Program-made: the position numbers and the translations under genes | The notes under the pieces: generated by a model | Told to the model about the DNA's origin: nothing | The model's database searches: none | Seen by the model: the letters and a program-made list of their open reading frames with translations, nothing else | In this document: positions 9,108 through 17,610 of the stretch, in pieces | Numbering within the stretch: the stretch's first letter is position 1 | How the letters are laid out: each line of letters begins with the position of its first letter | NCBI GenBank assembly: GCA_964559985.1 | Contig: CAZLJX010000004.1 | Span: 24,571-88,570, forward strand | Direction of reading: 5' to 3' | Source: an uncultured Bacteroidales bacterium | GTDB lineage: Bacteria > Bacteroidota > Bacteroidia > Bacteroidales > CAZLJX01 | Length of the DNA stretch: 64,000 nt

Positions 9108-9491
9108 ATGGAAGTAATCAAAATTGTTGGCACCGACGACACTCCCAGTGTAACCCTTGATGCTGATAACGATATTTTCGAAATTAGCGGCAGATCATTG
9201 CCCGAAGACGTCTCGGCATTTTACGAGCCGATTCTCGATTGGCTTGAACGCTATGCAGAAAATACCAATCCGAAAACCATCTTCAATTTTAAACTGGTAT
9301 ATTTCAATACCGCCTCATCAAAAATGCTCCTCGATATTCTGCTGAAACTTGAAGAAATGTATGAAGGTGGCAAAGATGTGCTGGTTAGATGGCATTTCCC
9401 CGAAGATGATGAAGATATGGAAGAAGCAGGACAGGAATATGCTGATATTGTTGAGGTTCCGTTTGAACAGGTAAGCTATTCCATGGACTAA
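9108..9491 (+). CDS. DUF1987 / SiaC-like phosphoprotein (partner-switch substrate)
   Basis: 127 aa. TPSV.LD......EISGRSLPED, YEPILDWL, and the FNTASSKMLLDIL motif containing the Thr that is the phospho-site in the SiaC family. Confidence 0.75.
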   Translation: MEVIKIVGTDDTPSVTLDADNDIFEISGRSLPEDVSAFYEPILDWLERYAENTNPKTIFNFKLVYFNTASSKMLLDILLKLEEMYEGGKDVLVRWHFPEDDEDMEEAGQEYADIVEVPFEQVSYSMD

Positions 9492-9542
9492 CAGATGTCT
9501 TTTTATTGCAAAACCAATTTGCTATTTTAAACCGCTTAATGC

Positions 9543-12500
9543 ATGAGTGAAGAGATTCTAAAAGCGTTGATGCAACTGTTTGCCATCATTGCAAAACAAG
9601 ATGAAGGCGTTGAATCAAACGAAATTGAATATGTCAGTAATTTCCTGAATCAACAGTTAAATGCCGAAGCTGCCCGGGAATATCTTCAACTTTTTTATGA
9701 ACATGCCGGTTTAAAAGAAGGAAAAGAATCTGAAGGAAAAGAAAAAGACGAACCGAAACTTACCTCGGTAAAAGACTCGGTTAGAATTCTGGGTATTTGC
9801 AAAAAAATCAATAAAAAACTTACCCAGGAACAAAAAGTGGTTGTGCTTGTCCGCCTTTGGGAATTGGTGAATACCGACCGAAAATTTTCCGACCAGCGCA
9901 TGGCCATTATTAACACCGCAGCCGAAGTATTTAATATTACTACGGAAGAATTTAAAAGCGTTGAATCTTTTGTCATTAAAGATGATCCTGCTTCACTCGA
10001 CACCAGCAATATACTCATAATAAACGACAAAGAGAAAACCGGCGAGTTATCGAAACACATCCGTACCGAAGCACTCGACGGACTCCTGTTGATTTTACAG
10101 ATAAAAAGCGTTGATCTGTACTTTCTGCGATATACCGGACATGAAGAAATATTTCTGAATGGTTTACCTGTAAATTCAAAGCGTATTTATTTGTTTGCCA
10201 ACGGAAGTGCTATCCGCCTGCCAAAAGGCAAACCCATTTATTACAGCGACGTTGTTGCCCGGTTTATGGCCGATATTACTTCGGCGCATATTTCTTACAA
10301 TGTCAGAAACCTTGAATACCGCTTCCCAAATGGTGCTCTGGGATTGCGAAATATTAACCTTTCTGAAGAACACGGGAAACTTATTGGCATCATGGGTGCC
10401 AGCGGGGCAGGAAAAACTACCCTGCTGAATGTTTTAACCGGTATTGAAAATCCTTCTGCCGGCGAAGTGGTCATTAACAGTATTAACCTTCATACACAAC
10501 ACGATAAAATTGAAGGTGTTATCGGTTACATTCCACAGGACGATCTGCTTATTGAAGAACTTACTGTTTTCGAAAACCTGTATTATAACGCCAAACTTTG
10601 TTTTAAAGATAAAACCGAAGAAGAATTAATTTCGCTGGTCGATAAAACACTGGCCAGTTTGGGCCTGCTTGACCGTAAAATGCTCAAAGTGGGTTCACCC
10701 CTCAATAAAACCATCAGCGGCGGACAACGAAAAAGGCTTAATATTGCCCTTGAACTCATTCGTGAACCATCCATCCTGTTTGTCGATGAGCCTACTTCGG
10801 GGCTTTCGTCACGCGATTCGGAAAATGTAATGGACCTGCTGCGTGAACTTGCACTGAAAGGAAAATTGATTTTTGTTGTCATTCACCAGCCATCGTCCGA
10901 CATTTATAAAATGTTTGACAAAATGATTATTCTCGATACAGGTGGATACCTTATATATTATGGTAACCCCGTTGAAGCGGTAACATTTTTCAAAAAGGCT
11001 GATATGCAGATTAACAGCGATGTTGGCGAATGCCCGACCTGTGGTAGCGTAAATCCGGAACTTATTTTCAATATCATAGATGCACAGGTTGTAGATGAAT
11101 TCGGCCGTTACACCGACAAACGAAAGGTGATGCCCGAACAGTGGGAAAATCTTTATGGCAGTAAGATAAAACCAGAAATTATTGAAGATGCACATGAAGA
11201 ACCTCCACGGTCACTCGATATTCCAAACTGGATAAACCAGTTTAAAATATATACCATCCGCGACTTTGTTTCAAAAATCAGCAACCGGCAGTATATAATT
11301 CTTAACCTGCTCGAAGCACCCGTACTGGGCCTGATATTATCATTCCTTATCCGCTACATTGCCGATCCGAGTTCGAAAATTTATATTTTCAGGGATAACG
11401 AAAACATTCCTCCATATATCTTCATGAGCCTTATTGTTGCCATGTTTCTCGGATTTATGGTGAGTGCCGAAGAAATTTTCCGCGACCGTAAAATCCTTAA
11501 GCGGGAAGCATTTCTCAACCTGAGCCGGTCAAGTTATCTTGTCTCAAAAGTGCTTATTATGCTTATCATTTCTGCCATACAAAGTTTATTCTATGTCATG
11601 GTAGGCAATCTAATATTGGGCATCCACGGCTTGTGGTTCGAATACTGGTGGGCATTGTTTACCATTGCAGCTTTCTCGAATATGCAGGGACTCAATATTT
11701 CATCCGCTTTCAATTCGGCGGTTACCATTTATATTATGATTCCGCTGCTTATGATTCCGCAGATGGCCTTAGGAGGGGCTATGTTCAGTTTCGACAAACT
11801 AAACCGGGTTATCGGCAGCGTTGATAAAGTGCCCATGGTAGCTGAATTTATTGCCACTAGGTGGTCATACGAAGCCCTCATGGTTAGACAGTTCAAAGAC
11901 AATAAATTTGAAAAAAAATATTACGAGCTCGAAAAAGATATCAGTGTGTCTGACTTCAAGCAGGTATATTATTTTGCCGAAATTACCGAACGGCTCGACT
12001 TTGTTAGCCAGAATATTAAAAGCAAAGATCCCGAAATAAAAAAACAGGTACTCATGGACCTGGCACTTTTAAAACATGAACTTGCAAAAGAAAAAAGAAA
12101 AGTGCCCGAAATTCAGTTTAATTTTATTGATTCACTTACCTATGATGTTTTTAATGACTATGTTGCATACAATACCAATGATTATATAGAGAACCTGAAA
12201 TCATACTACAGCCAGAAATTTGAAGCTGCCACCGATAAAAAAGAAACTATCATAGAATACCTTAACGAAAACCGCCCTGGCCTGTATAACAAAACACGAA
12301 ATCATTACCATAATGAAGCCGTCCAGGAAATTGTTACCAATCTTTACGAAAAAAATAAAATCATCCGTTATAAAGAAAAACTGGTACAACAATCCGATCC
12401 CATTTTTCAGGACCCCGAACCGGAAGGATTTTTAAGTTTCAGGGCGCATTTTTATGCACCTAAAAAACATTTTGCCGGAAAATATTTCGATACATTCTGG

Positions 12501-12596
12501 TTTAACCAGGTTATTGTATGGATTATGACCATTTTACTTTATATTGCCCTTTATTATGATGCCCTGAAAAAACTATTAAATTTATCGGGAAAATAA
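9543..12596 (+). CDS. ABCG/ABC-2-type transporter (fused ATPase and permease) with a ~270-aa N-terminal non-transporter extension
   Basis: 1017 aa. Walker A GASGAGKTTLLN, signature SGGQRKRLNIA, Walker B ILFVDEPTSGLS, then a multi-TM ABC-2 region. The N-terminus (LMQLFAIIAKQDEGVESNEIEYV) looks TerB-like by eye, but this is unverified. Confidence 0.85.
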   Translation: MSEEILKALMQLFAIIAKQDEGVESNEIEYVSNFLNQQLNAEAAREYLQLFYEHAGLKEGKESEGKEKDEPKLTSVKDSVRILGICKKINKKLTQEQKVVVLVRLWELVNTDRKFSDQRMAIINTAAEVFNITTEEFKSVESFVIKDDPASLDTSNILIINDKEKTGELSKHIRTEALDGLLLILQIKSVDLYFLRYTGHEEIFLNGLPVNSKRIYLFANGSAIRLPKGKPIYYSDVVARFMADITSAHISYNVRNLEYRFPNGALGLRNINLSEEHGKLIGIMGASGAGKTTLLNVLTGIENPSAGEVVINSINLHTQHDKIEGVIGYIPQDDLLIEELTVFENLYYNAKLCFKDKTEEELISLVDKTLASLGLLDRKMLKVGSPLNKTISGGQRKRLNIALELIREPSILFVDEPTSGLSSRDSENVMDLLRELALKGKLIFVVIHQPSSDIYKMFDKMIILDTGGYLIYYGNPVEAVTFFKKADMQINSDVGECPTCGSVNPELIFNIIDAQVVDEFGRYTDKRKVMPEQWENLYGSKIKPEIIEDAHEEPPRSLDIPNWINQFKIYTIRDFVSKISNRQYIILNLLEAPVLGLILSFLIRYIADPSSKIYIFRDNENIPPYIFMSLIVAMFLGFMVSAEEIFRDRKILKREAFLNLSRSSYLVSKVLIMLIISAIQSLFYVMVGNLILGIHGLWFEYWWALFTIAAFSNMQGLNISSAFNSAVTIYIMIPLLMIPQMALGGAMFSFDKLNRVIGSVDKVPMVAEFIATRWSYEALMVRQFKDNKFEKKYYELEKDISVSDFKQVYYFAEITERLDFVSQNIKSKDPEIKKQVLMDLALLKHELAKEKRKVPEIQFNFIDSLTYDVFNDYVAYNTNDYIENLKSYYSQKFEAATDKKETIIEYLNENRPGLYNKTRNHYHNEAVQEIVTNLYEKNKIIRYKEKLVQQSDPIFQDPEPEGFLSFRAHFYAPKKHFAGKYFDTFWFNQVIVWIMTILLYIALYYDALKKLLNLSGK

Positions 12597-12653
12597 ACGG
12601 GTATTTTTTAATTCAAAAATATTATATACTTTTATGCTATAAAATGAATATCT

Positions 12654-13565
12654 ATGGATAAGCGTTTCATTTATCTTTTTTACAGTCTGCTGTTAATATT
12701 GTCTGCATATTCCTGTAACAATTCAGGCAGTTCTGATTCCGGAGATGTTGATATACCGGATTCCATTTTTGAGAAAAAACCTTTGCTGGTATCGAACGAA
12801 CAGATGGAAAACATCATCCAGAATATTTCGTCACCGGTTGAAATGGCTGCTTTGCTTAAAAATACAGGAGTTCCGTTTCAACGTAAAATTCTGGCATCAA
12901 CAAACAGGATTGATAAATTAAATACAAATTTCAAAAGAGCCCTTAACCTGGGTATTATGGGTGCCGATCTTGGATACCTGAATATGTATGAAAAAACAGG
13001 ATCAGTGATGGAAAACCTTTCATCTATCAAATCTTTATCGGAAGAATTAAAAATAGGGCAGTTTTTTGATTTCAGCACCATCAAGCGGCTTGCTATGAAT
13101 AGCGAAAACCTTGATTCATTGATGTATATTTCTGTTGCCAGTTTCAACAACATGGATGAATACCTGCGTAAGGTAAACCGTACAAACATCAGCTCACTGA
13201 TTGTAACCGGAATATGGATTGAAGGGATGTATCTTTCGACACAGGTGGCCAAAGAAGCACCAAAAAAAGAAATTGTTGAAAGGATAGGCGAACAGAAAAT
13301 CATACTAAACGACCTTTTAATTATTTTAAAAAATTACAGCAGCGACCGCAATTTTTATGAACTGGTACAGGATATTGAAAGAATAAAAAAAGAATACCAG
13401 GAGGTAAAAATTACTTATGAAGTTGGCGAGCCCGAATCAAAAGAGGTTGACGGGATGCTTATCATTGTTCAGAACGAAAAAAGTATTGTAACAATGAATG
13501 ACGAACAGCTCGTCAATATTACCCGCGTTGTTGAAGAAGTTCGTAACAAATTAATCAATATGTAG
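12654..13565 (+). CDS. Hypothetical lipoprotein
   Basis: 303 aa. Signal peptide with lipobox LSAYSC. No recognisable catalytic motif. Confidence 0.6.
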   Translation: MDKRFIYLFYSLLLILSAYSCNNSGSSDSGDVDIPDSIFEKKPLLVSNEQMENIIQNISSPVEMAALLKNTGVPFQRKILASTNRIDKLNTNFKRALNLGIMGADLGYLNMYEKTGSVMENLSSIKSLSEELKIGQFFDFSTIKRLAMNSENLDSLMYISVASFNNMDEYLRKVNRTNISSLIVTGIWIEGMYLSTQVAKEAPKKEIVERIGEQKIILNDLLIILKNYSSDRNFYELVQDIERIKKEYQEVKITYEVGEPESKEVDGMLIIVQNEKSIVTMNDEQLVNITRVVEEVRNKLINM

Positions 13566-13567
13566 TT

Positions 13568-13999
13568 ATGAGGAGTTTTCTACTTTCTATAATAGCCTTG
13601 TTTATAATCGGCACTATTCAGACGCAGGCACAGACCGATGAGTTGGTAAACACCTGTGCCCTGGATATCGGAAACGCTACCTACCTGAAAGATTTTAAAG
13701 TTAAACTTCAGCAAAGTAATGTAAAACCTGCTCCTTCAGCCAAATTTTCGGTGGTGCTTAACAAAGGCACTGTTTATAAAATAAATGTTTGCAATGCCCA
13801 GGGTTACGAAGGCAAAGCTGTTGTAAAGCTTATGGAAAACAATACCCTGCTTGGCACAAACCAGAAAACCGACGGTTCTTTCCTCGATGCATTAGGATTT
13901 GCCTGTCAGAAAACCGGAGTTTACCAGATACAGATTTCTTTTGATGATGGAAAAGAGGGAGCGGCTGTAGCTATTCTCTCATTCATTAATAAAAGCTAA
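13568..13999 (+). CDS. Hypothetical secreted protein
   Basis: 143 aa. N-terminal signal peptide (LFIIGTIQTQAQT). It starts 2 nt after the previous stop. Confidence 0.55.
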   Translation: MRSFLLSIIALFIIGTIQTQAQTDELVNTCALDIGNATYLKDFKVKLQQSNVKPAPSAKFSVVLNKGTVYKINVCNAQGYEGKAVVKLMENNTLLGTNQKTDGSFLDALGFACQKTGVYQIQISFDDGKEGAAVAILSFINKS

Positions 14000-14015
14000 A
14001 CAGATATTATATCTG

Positions 14016-14053
14016 AAAAAGAGGCTGCATTTTCAAAATGTGGCCTTTTTTTT
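14016..14053. terminator. Bidirectional rho-independent terminator between convergent genes
   Basis: A-run, then the stem AGGCTGCAT (14022-14030) / ATGTGGCCT (14038-14046; 9 bp including two G-T wobbles), a 7-nt loop and a T7 run. Confidence 0.55.
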
Positions 14054-15029
14054 ATGCAGGAAAAATCAGGTAAACATAACGGATTACCACCAGGCTTAGA
14101 ATAAATAATATAAACAAAAAATTTGCCCATCTGCCCGGCCTGATCGTACAAAATAAATATCCGACCAAAAATGATGAAGGTAAATTAAACAGATAGATAT
14201 ATCCGGCACTATAACCCGGAAGGAAATAATTGAGTAAAAATAAATATATGACCAGGAATATGAAAAGCCTGAAATATTTGCTGGTGACTATTTTCCTGAC
14301 ATTTTGCCTGTACAGTGAAAAAAGCATTGCCCCTGTCAATATGGCTGAAGGAAAAATTAAAACATACCATCCGGGCGATACAGCCGGGTAATAATTGTCA
14401 TTGCCATTGATCAGCTGTAAAAAAACAGAATAATCGAAAGGGATATCGAAAGTGAAAAAGACAGTAGCCAGAAAAATAAGAGGGACAAAAAAACCTAAAA
14501 AACCCGTTATCCATTCACGCCAGTTGAAAGGACGTAATACAATAATGATCAGTAAAAAAAACGGATAAATAAAAATTAACCCGGGATAGATGATAAATGC
14601 TAAAAAAAATAAAAAACTCCCTTCAAAATAATTGCCGATATACAGGCCGCCTTTATCGCTCACAAAGTACCGGTCAATGGCAAATAAGATGAAAAAATTA
14701 GCAATCAGTGCATTATTCAATCCGGATAGAAAATAAAAAATACTGCTGAAAAGGACATATAAAAATGATGGTAAATAAGTAGCTCCTTCAATAAAAATGT
14801 ACTTGTAGTTTAACCGGCTCAGATAAAATGCCTGGGTTATTATTAATAACGATCCAACAATGGCCGATAAAATACCATAACGCGTTGTAAATGAAACAAA
14901 AGTATCATTAAAAAAAAGCATCAATGGTTGATAGCTGCTTTCTGATAACGGAAAAGCCAGACCTATGCCCGATAAAACCATTACAAACAAAACAAGGATG
15001 CTGTCACTTCTGAAAAAACGTAGTATCAT
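14052..15029 (-). CDS. Polytopic membrane protein of unknown function
   Basis: About 325 aa and highly hydrophobic. I place the start at the ATG at 15029 (MILRFFRSD), 4 nt after the purD stop, rather than the track start at 15143, which overlaps purD by 110 nt. Confidence 0.65.
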   Translation of the reverse strand: MILRFFRSDSILVLFVMVLSGIGLAFPLSESSYQPLMLFFNDTFVSFTTRYGILSAIVGSLLIITQAFYLSRLNYKYIFIEGATYLPSFLYVLFSSIFYFLSGLNNALIANFFILFAIDRYFVSDKGGLYIGNYFEGSFLFFLAFIIYPGLIFIYPFFLLIIIVLRPFNWREWITGFLGFFVPLIFLATVFFTFDIPFDYSVFLQLINGNDNYYPAVSPGWYVLIFPSAILTGAMLFSLYRQNVRKIVTSKYFRLFIFLVIYLFLLNYFLPGYSAGYIYLFNLPSSFLVGYLFCTIRPGRWANFLFILFILSLVVIRYVYLIFPA

Positions 15030-15033
15030 GCCA

Positions 15034-16308
15034 TCAGTATTTAATGTCGAAACCAATATCGGGCCTGAAATATTTACCTTCGAACTGAATAAAACCGGCA
15101 TTGCGGTAACAAAGTTTAAGCGCCTGATTAAGGCCTGATGCAACAGAGGTTACTGCCATTACCCGCCCGCCGGAAGTTACTGTCTGTGCATTTTCAAGCG
15201 ATGTACCGGCATGAAAGATGACCGAATTGGCAACATGCTGCAAACCTGAAATAATGTATCCTTTTTGGTACTCGCCGGGATACCCCCCTGAAACAAGCAT
15301 TACAGTTGCTGCGGTATAGGGTGAAACCTGCACCTTAAATTTATGAAGTGACTGGTTTGAAACAGCGAGCATAAGTTCAATAATATCTGATTCGAGGCGT
15401 GGAATTATCACTTCCGTTTCAGGGTCCCCAAGCCGGCAATTATATTCAATTACAAAAGGATTACCTTCAACATTCATCAAGCCAAAAAAGATAAAACCCT
15501 GGTAATCAATCCCTTCAGCATGCAGGCCTTTTACAGTAGGTTCAATAATCCGGTTCACTACCTTTTCCATAAAAGCTTTATCAGCAAAACTTACCGGCGA
15601 AACAGCCCCCATGCCCCCGGTATTGGGACCTGTGTCGTTTTCGCCCACCTTTTTATAATCCTTGGCTTCGGGCAATAAAACATAATTTCTTCCGTCAATA
15701 GCAATAAAACACGACAGTTCAATTCCTTTTAAAAATTCTTCAATCACTATTTTTGAACTTGCATTTCCAAACATGCCATTAACCATTTCTTTTACCAGGC
15801 TTTTTGCCTCAACGAAATCTGAAGTTATAAGCACACCTTTTCCGGCAGCCAGCCCATCGGCTTTCAGCACATATGGAGGGTTGAGTTTGTCGATAAACCG
15901 AAAACCCTCTTCTATATTGTCGTTTGAAACGGTAATTGAAGCAGCTGTTGGAATATGATGCCTGTTCATAAAATGCTTGGCCCAGTCCTTACTCCCTTCA
16001 AGCCTTGCACCCATAGCTCCGGGACCTATCATTTTTACATGGGCTAAACCTGCTTGTTGTGAGAAATAATCGGTAATGCCATTTACCAGTGGATCTTCGG
16101 GACCGACGACCACCATATGGATATCGTATTCGGCAACAACATTTTTCACAAAATCAAAATCGAGTGGATTGCCTTTGATATTTTTACCATACTGCAGCGT
16201 ACCTGCATTGCCGGGTAAAATATACAACTGGTCAAGGTAGGGGCTTTTAGCCATTTTCCATGCCAGTGCGCTTTCACGGCCGCCACCGCCTATCAGTAAA
16301 ATATTCAT
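15034..16308 (-). CDS. purD: Phosphoribosylamine--glycine ligase
   Basis: 424 aa. MNILLIGGGGRESALAWK N-terminus, the ATP-grasp core (VLKADGLAAGKGV) and NCRLGDPE. Confidence 0.95.
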   Translation of the reverse strand: MNILLIGGGGRESALAWKMAKSPYLDQLYILPGNAGTLQYGKNIKGNPLDFDFVKNVVAEYDIHMVVVGPEDPLVNGITDYFSQQAGLAHVKMIGPGAMGARLEGSKDWAKHFMNRHHIPTAASITVSNDNIEEGFRFIDKLNPPYVLKADGLAAGKGVLITSDFVEAKSLVKEMVNGMFGNASSKIVIEEFLKGIELSCFIAIDGRNYVLLPEAKDYKKVGENDTGPNTGGMGAVSPVSFADKAFMEKVVNRIIEPTVKGLHAEGIDYQGFIFFGLMNVEGNPFVIEYNCRLGDPETEVIIPRLESDIIELMLAVSNQSLHKFKVQVSPYTAATVMLVSGGYPGEYQKGYIISGLQHVANSVIFHAGTSLENAQTVTSGGRVMAVTSVASGLNQALKLCYRNAGFIQFEGKYFRPDIGFDIKY

Positions 16309-16524
16309 AGTTACTGGTTTTTCGGCAAATTTAGGGCTTACATCGACATTTACAAAAATATAAACCTGTTTGTAACAATAAGCCTTCAGATCTGTATTGA
16401 AAATATATAAAATATGAATATTAATCCATGATTAAAACCTTCAATATACATCTGCCGGGTAAAACCGGTTGCACCGGTTTATTATCCGTAAATGAATAAT
16501 TATTGGCCTTGTACCAGAAGGTTT

Positions 16525-16677
16525 TTAATATTCTTCGTCTTCGTACTGATAATTTCGGAGTTTGCGGTATTTTTCCTTTTTAACCGGAGCCAGTTTTGAT
16601 GACTTACGCTTGCGTACCTGCACCTGCTCTGTGTCGTTTTGAAGATCGTGGCGTTCCTGTCCCTTCTTAAACTTCAT
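16525..16677 (-). CDS. Possible small basic protein (50 aa), absent from the ORF track
   Basis: ATG at 16677 to TAA at 16525-16527, translating to MKFKKGQERHDLQNDTEQVQVRKRKSSKLAPVKKEKYRKLRNYQYEDEEY. It lies in an otherwise empty 630-nt intergenic region and is followed by the palindrome AAACCGGT-TGC-ACCGGTTT at 16462-16480. I recognise no homologue. Confidence 0.25.
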   Translation of the reverse strand: MKFKKGQERHDLQNDTEQVQVRKRKSSKLAPVKKEKYRKLRNYQYEDEEY

Positions 16678-16940
16678 CTGAGTGATATTTTTTAACTGAT
16701 TTTAAAATGAGTTGATACATTTCATGCAGCAAAGAAAAAAAAAAATATTTTTTTTTCAAAAAACAGGAGCAAAAACGCTGGATTTTTTGTCATCTGTAAT
16801 AAGTAAATATTATCATCAAAAATGACTGAAAATTCATGTTAAAATAATGATAAACCAATCCACGATATTAAAATATTTCGTACTTTTGGGTATTATGCCA
16901 TCGTGTGCCGTTGAATGAAAAATCAGCAACAGAAAGAGAA

Positions 16941-17336
16941 ATGGATAACATTGTAGTAATAGCCCATGATAAAAAGAAGCCCGACATGGTCAGGTTTTTA
17001 AAAGATCGCAGCGACTGGATTCCTGAAATAAATCTCATTGCCACCGGCCGTACGGCAGAATTTATTGAAAAAGAAGGAATCAGGGTGAGCCATTTAAGCC
17101 CTGGGGCTACCGGTGGGTACACTAAAATTCACAAACTTATACGTAACAAAGAAGTTGCCATGGTAATTTTTTTCATGGATCCTGCCGTAAAACAACACCA
17201 CGAGGATATTGAGCAACTGATTGATTTATGCAATACCGATAATATCCCCCTGGCTACCAACCCCATGGCCGCCGAACTGATGATACTCGGGTATATCAGG
17301 CAAATGGTAGTGCGCCGTACCCGTGGCGAAATTTAA
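16941..17336 (+). CDS. Methylglyoxal synthase-like (MGS-like domain) protein
   Basis: Collinear with E. coli MgsA: VIAHDKKK (compare VAHDHCK), IATGRTAEF (compare ATGTTGN) and VIFFMDP (compare LIFFWDP). The GGD catalytic Asp position reads GGY. The start is taken at the ATG at 16941 (MDNIVV). Confidence 0.8.
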   Translation: MDNIVVIAHDKKKPDMVRFLKDRSDWIPEINLIATGRTAEFIEKEGIRVSHLSPGATGGYTKIHKLIRNKEVAMVIFFMDPAVKQHHEDIEQLIDLCNTDNIPLATNPMAAELMILGYIRQMVVRRTRGEI

Positions 17337-17348
17337 AACCTTTAACCT

Positions 17349-17591
17349 ATGACGCAAAACACCAACCGCATTGAATTTTATGTACCTGTTGAAAACATGG
17401 CTGAGTTTGTAACTATTCTTACCACAGCAGAGATTGACAATGAAATTATAGGCATTACCGACGAAAACGAAATTATTATTTACGCCGAATATGTCAACGA
17501 CCAGGACGAAGCCATTGCCCGCCTCACCGATCTGGTTGATTATTATGATTATGAGGAAGGCAGTGAAAATGATGAAATGAATTTAAACTGA
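17349..17591 (+). CDS. Small acidic hypothetical protein
   Basis: 80 aa, Asp/Glu-rich C-terminus. It starts 12 nt after the MGS-like gene. Confidence 0.5.
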   Translation: MTQNTNRIEFYVPVENMAEFVTILTTAEIDNEIIGITDENEIIIYAEYVNDQDEAIARLTDLVDYYDYEEGSENDEMNLN

Positions 17592-17610
17592 AACATTAAC
17601 TTTAAAATTT

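Noticed and set aside
15030-15143. Track start of the minus-strand membrane protein at 15143
   Set aside because: It would overlap the 3' end of purD by 110 nt. An ATG at 15029 sits 4 nt after the purD stop and precedes the first TM helix.
16735-16756. A11-TA-T9 homopolymer palindrome in the purD/MGS-like divergent intergenic region, considered as a slipped-strand phase-variation tract
   Set aside because: It lies in generally AT-rich non-coding DNA with no adjacent recognisable promoter elements whose spacing it would alter. A single sequence gives no evidence of length variation.
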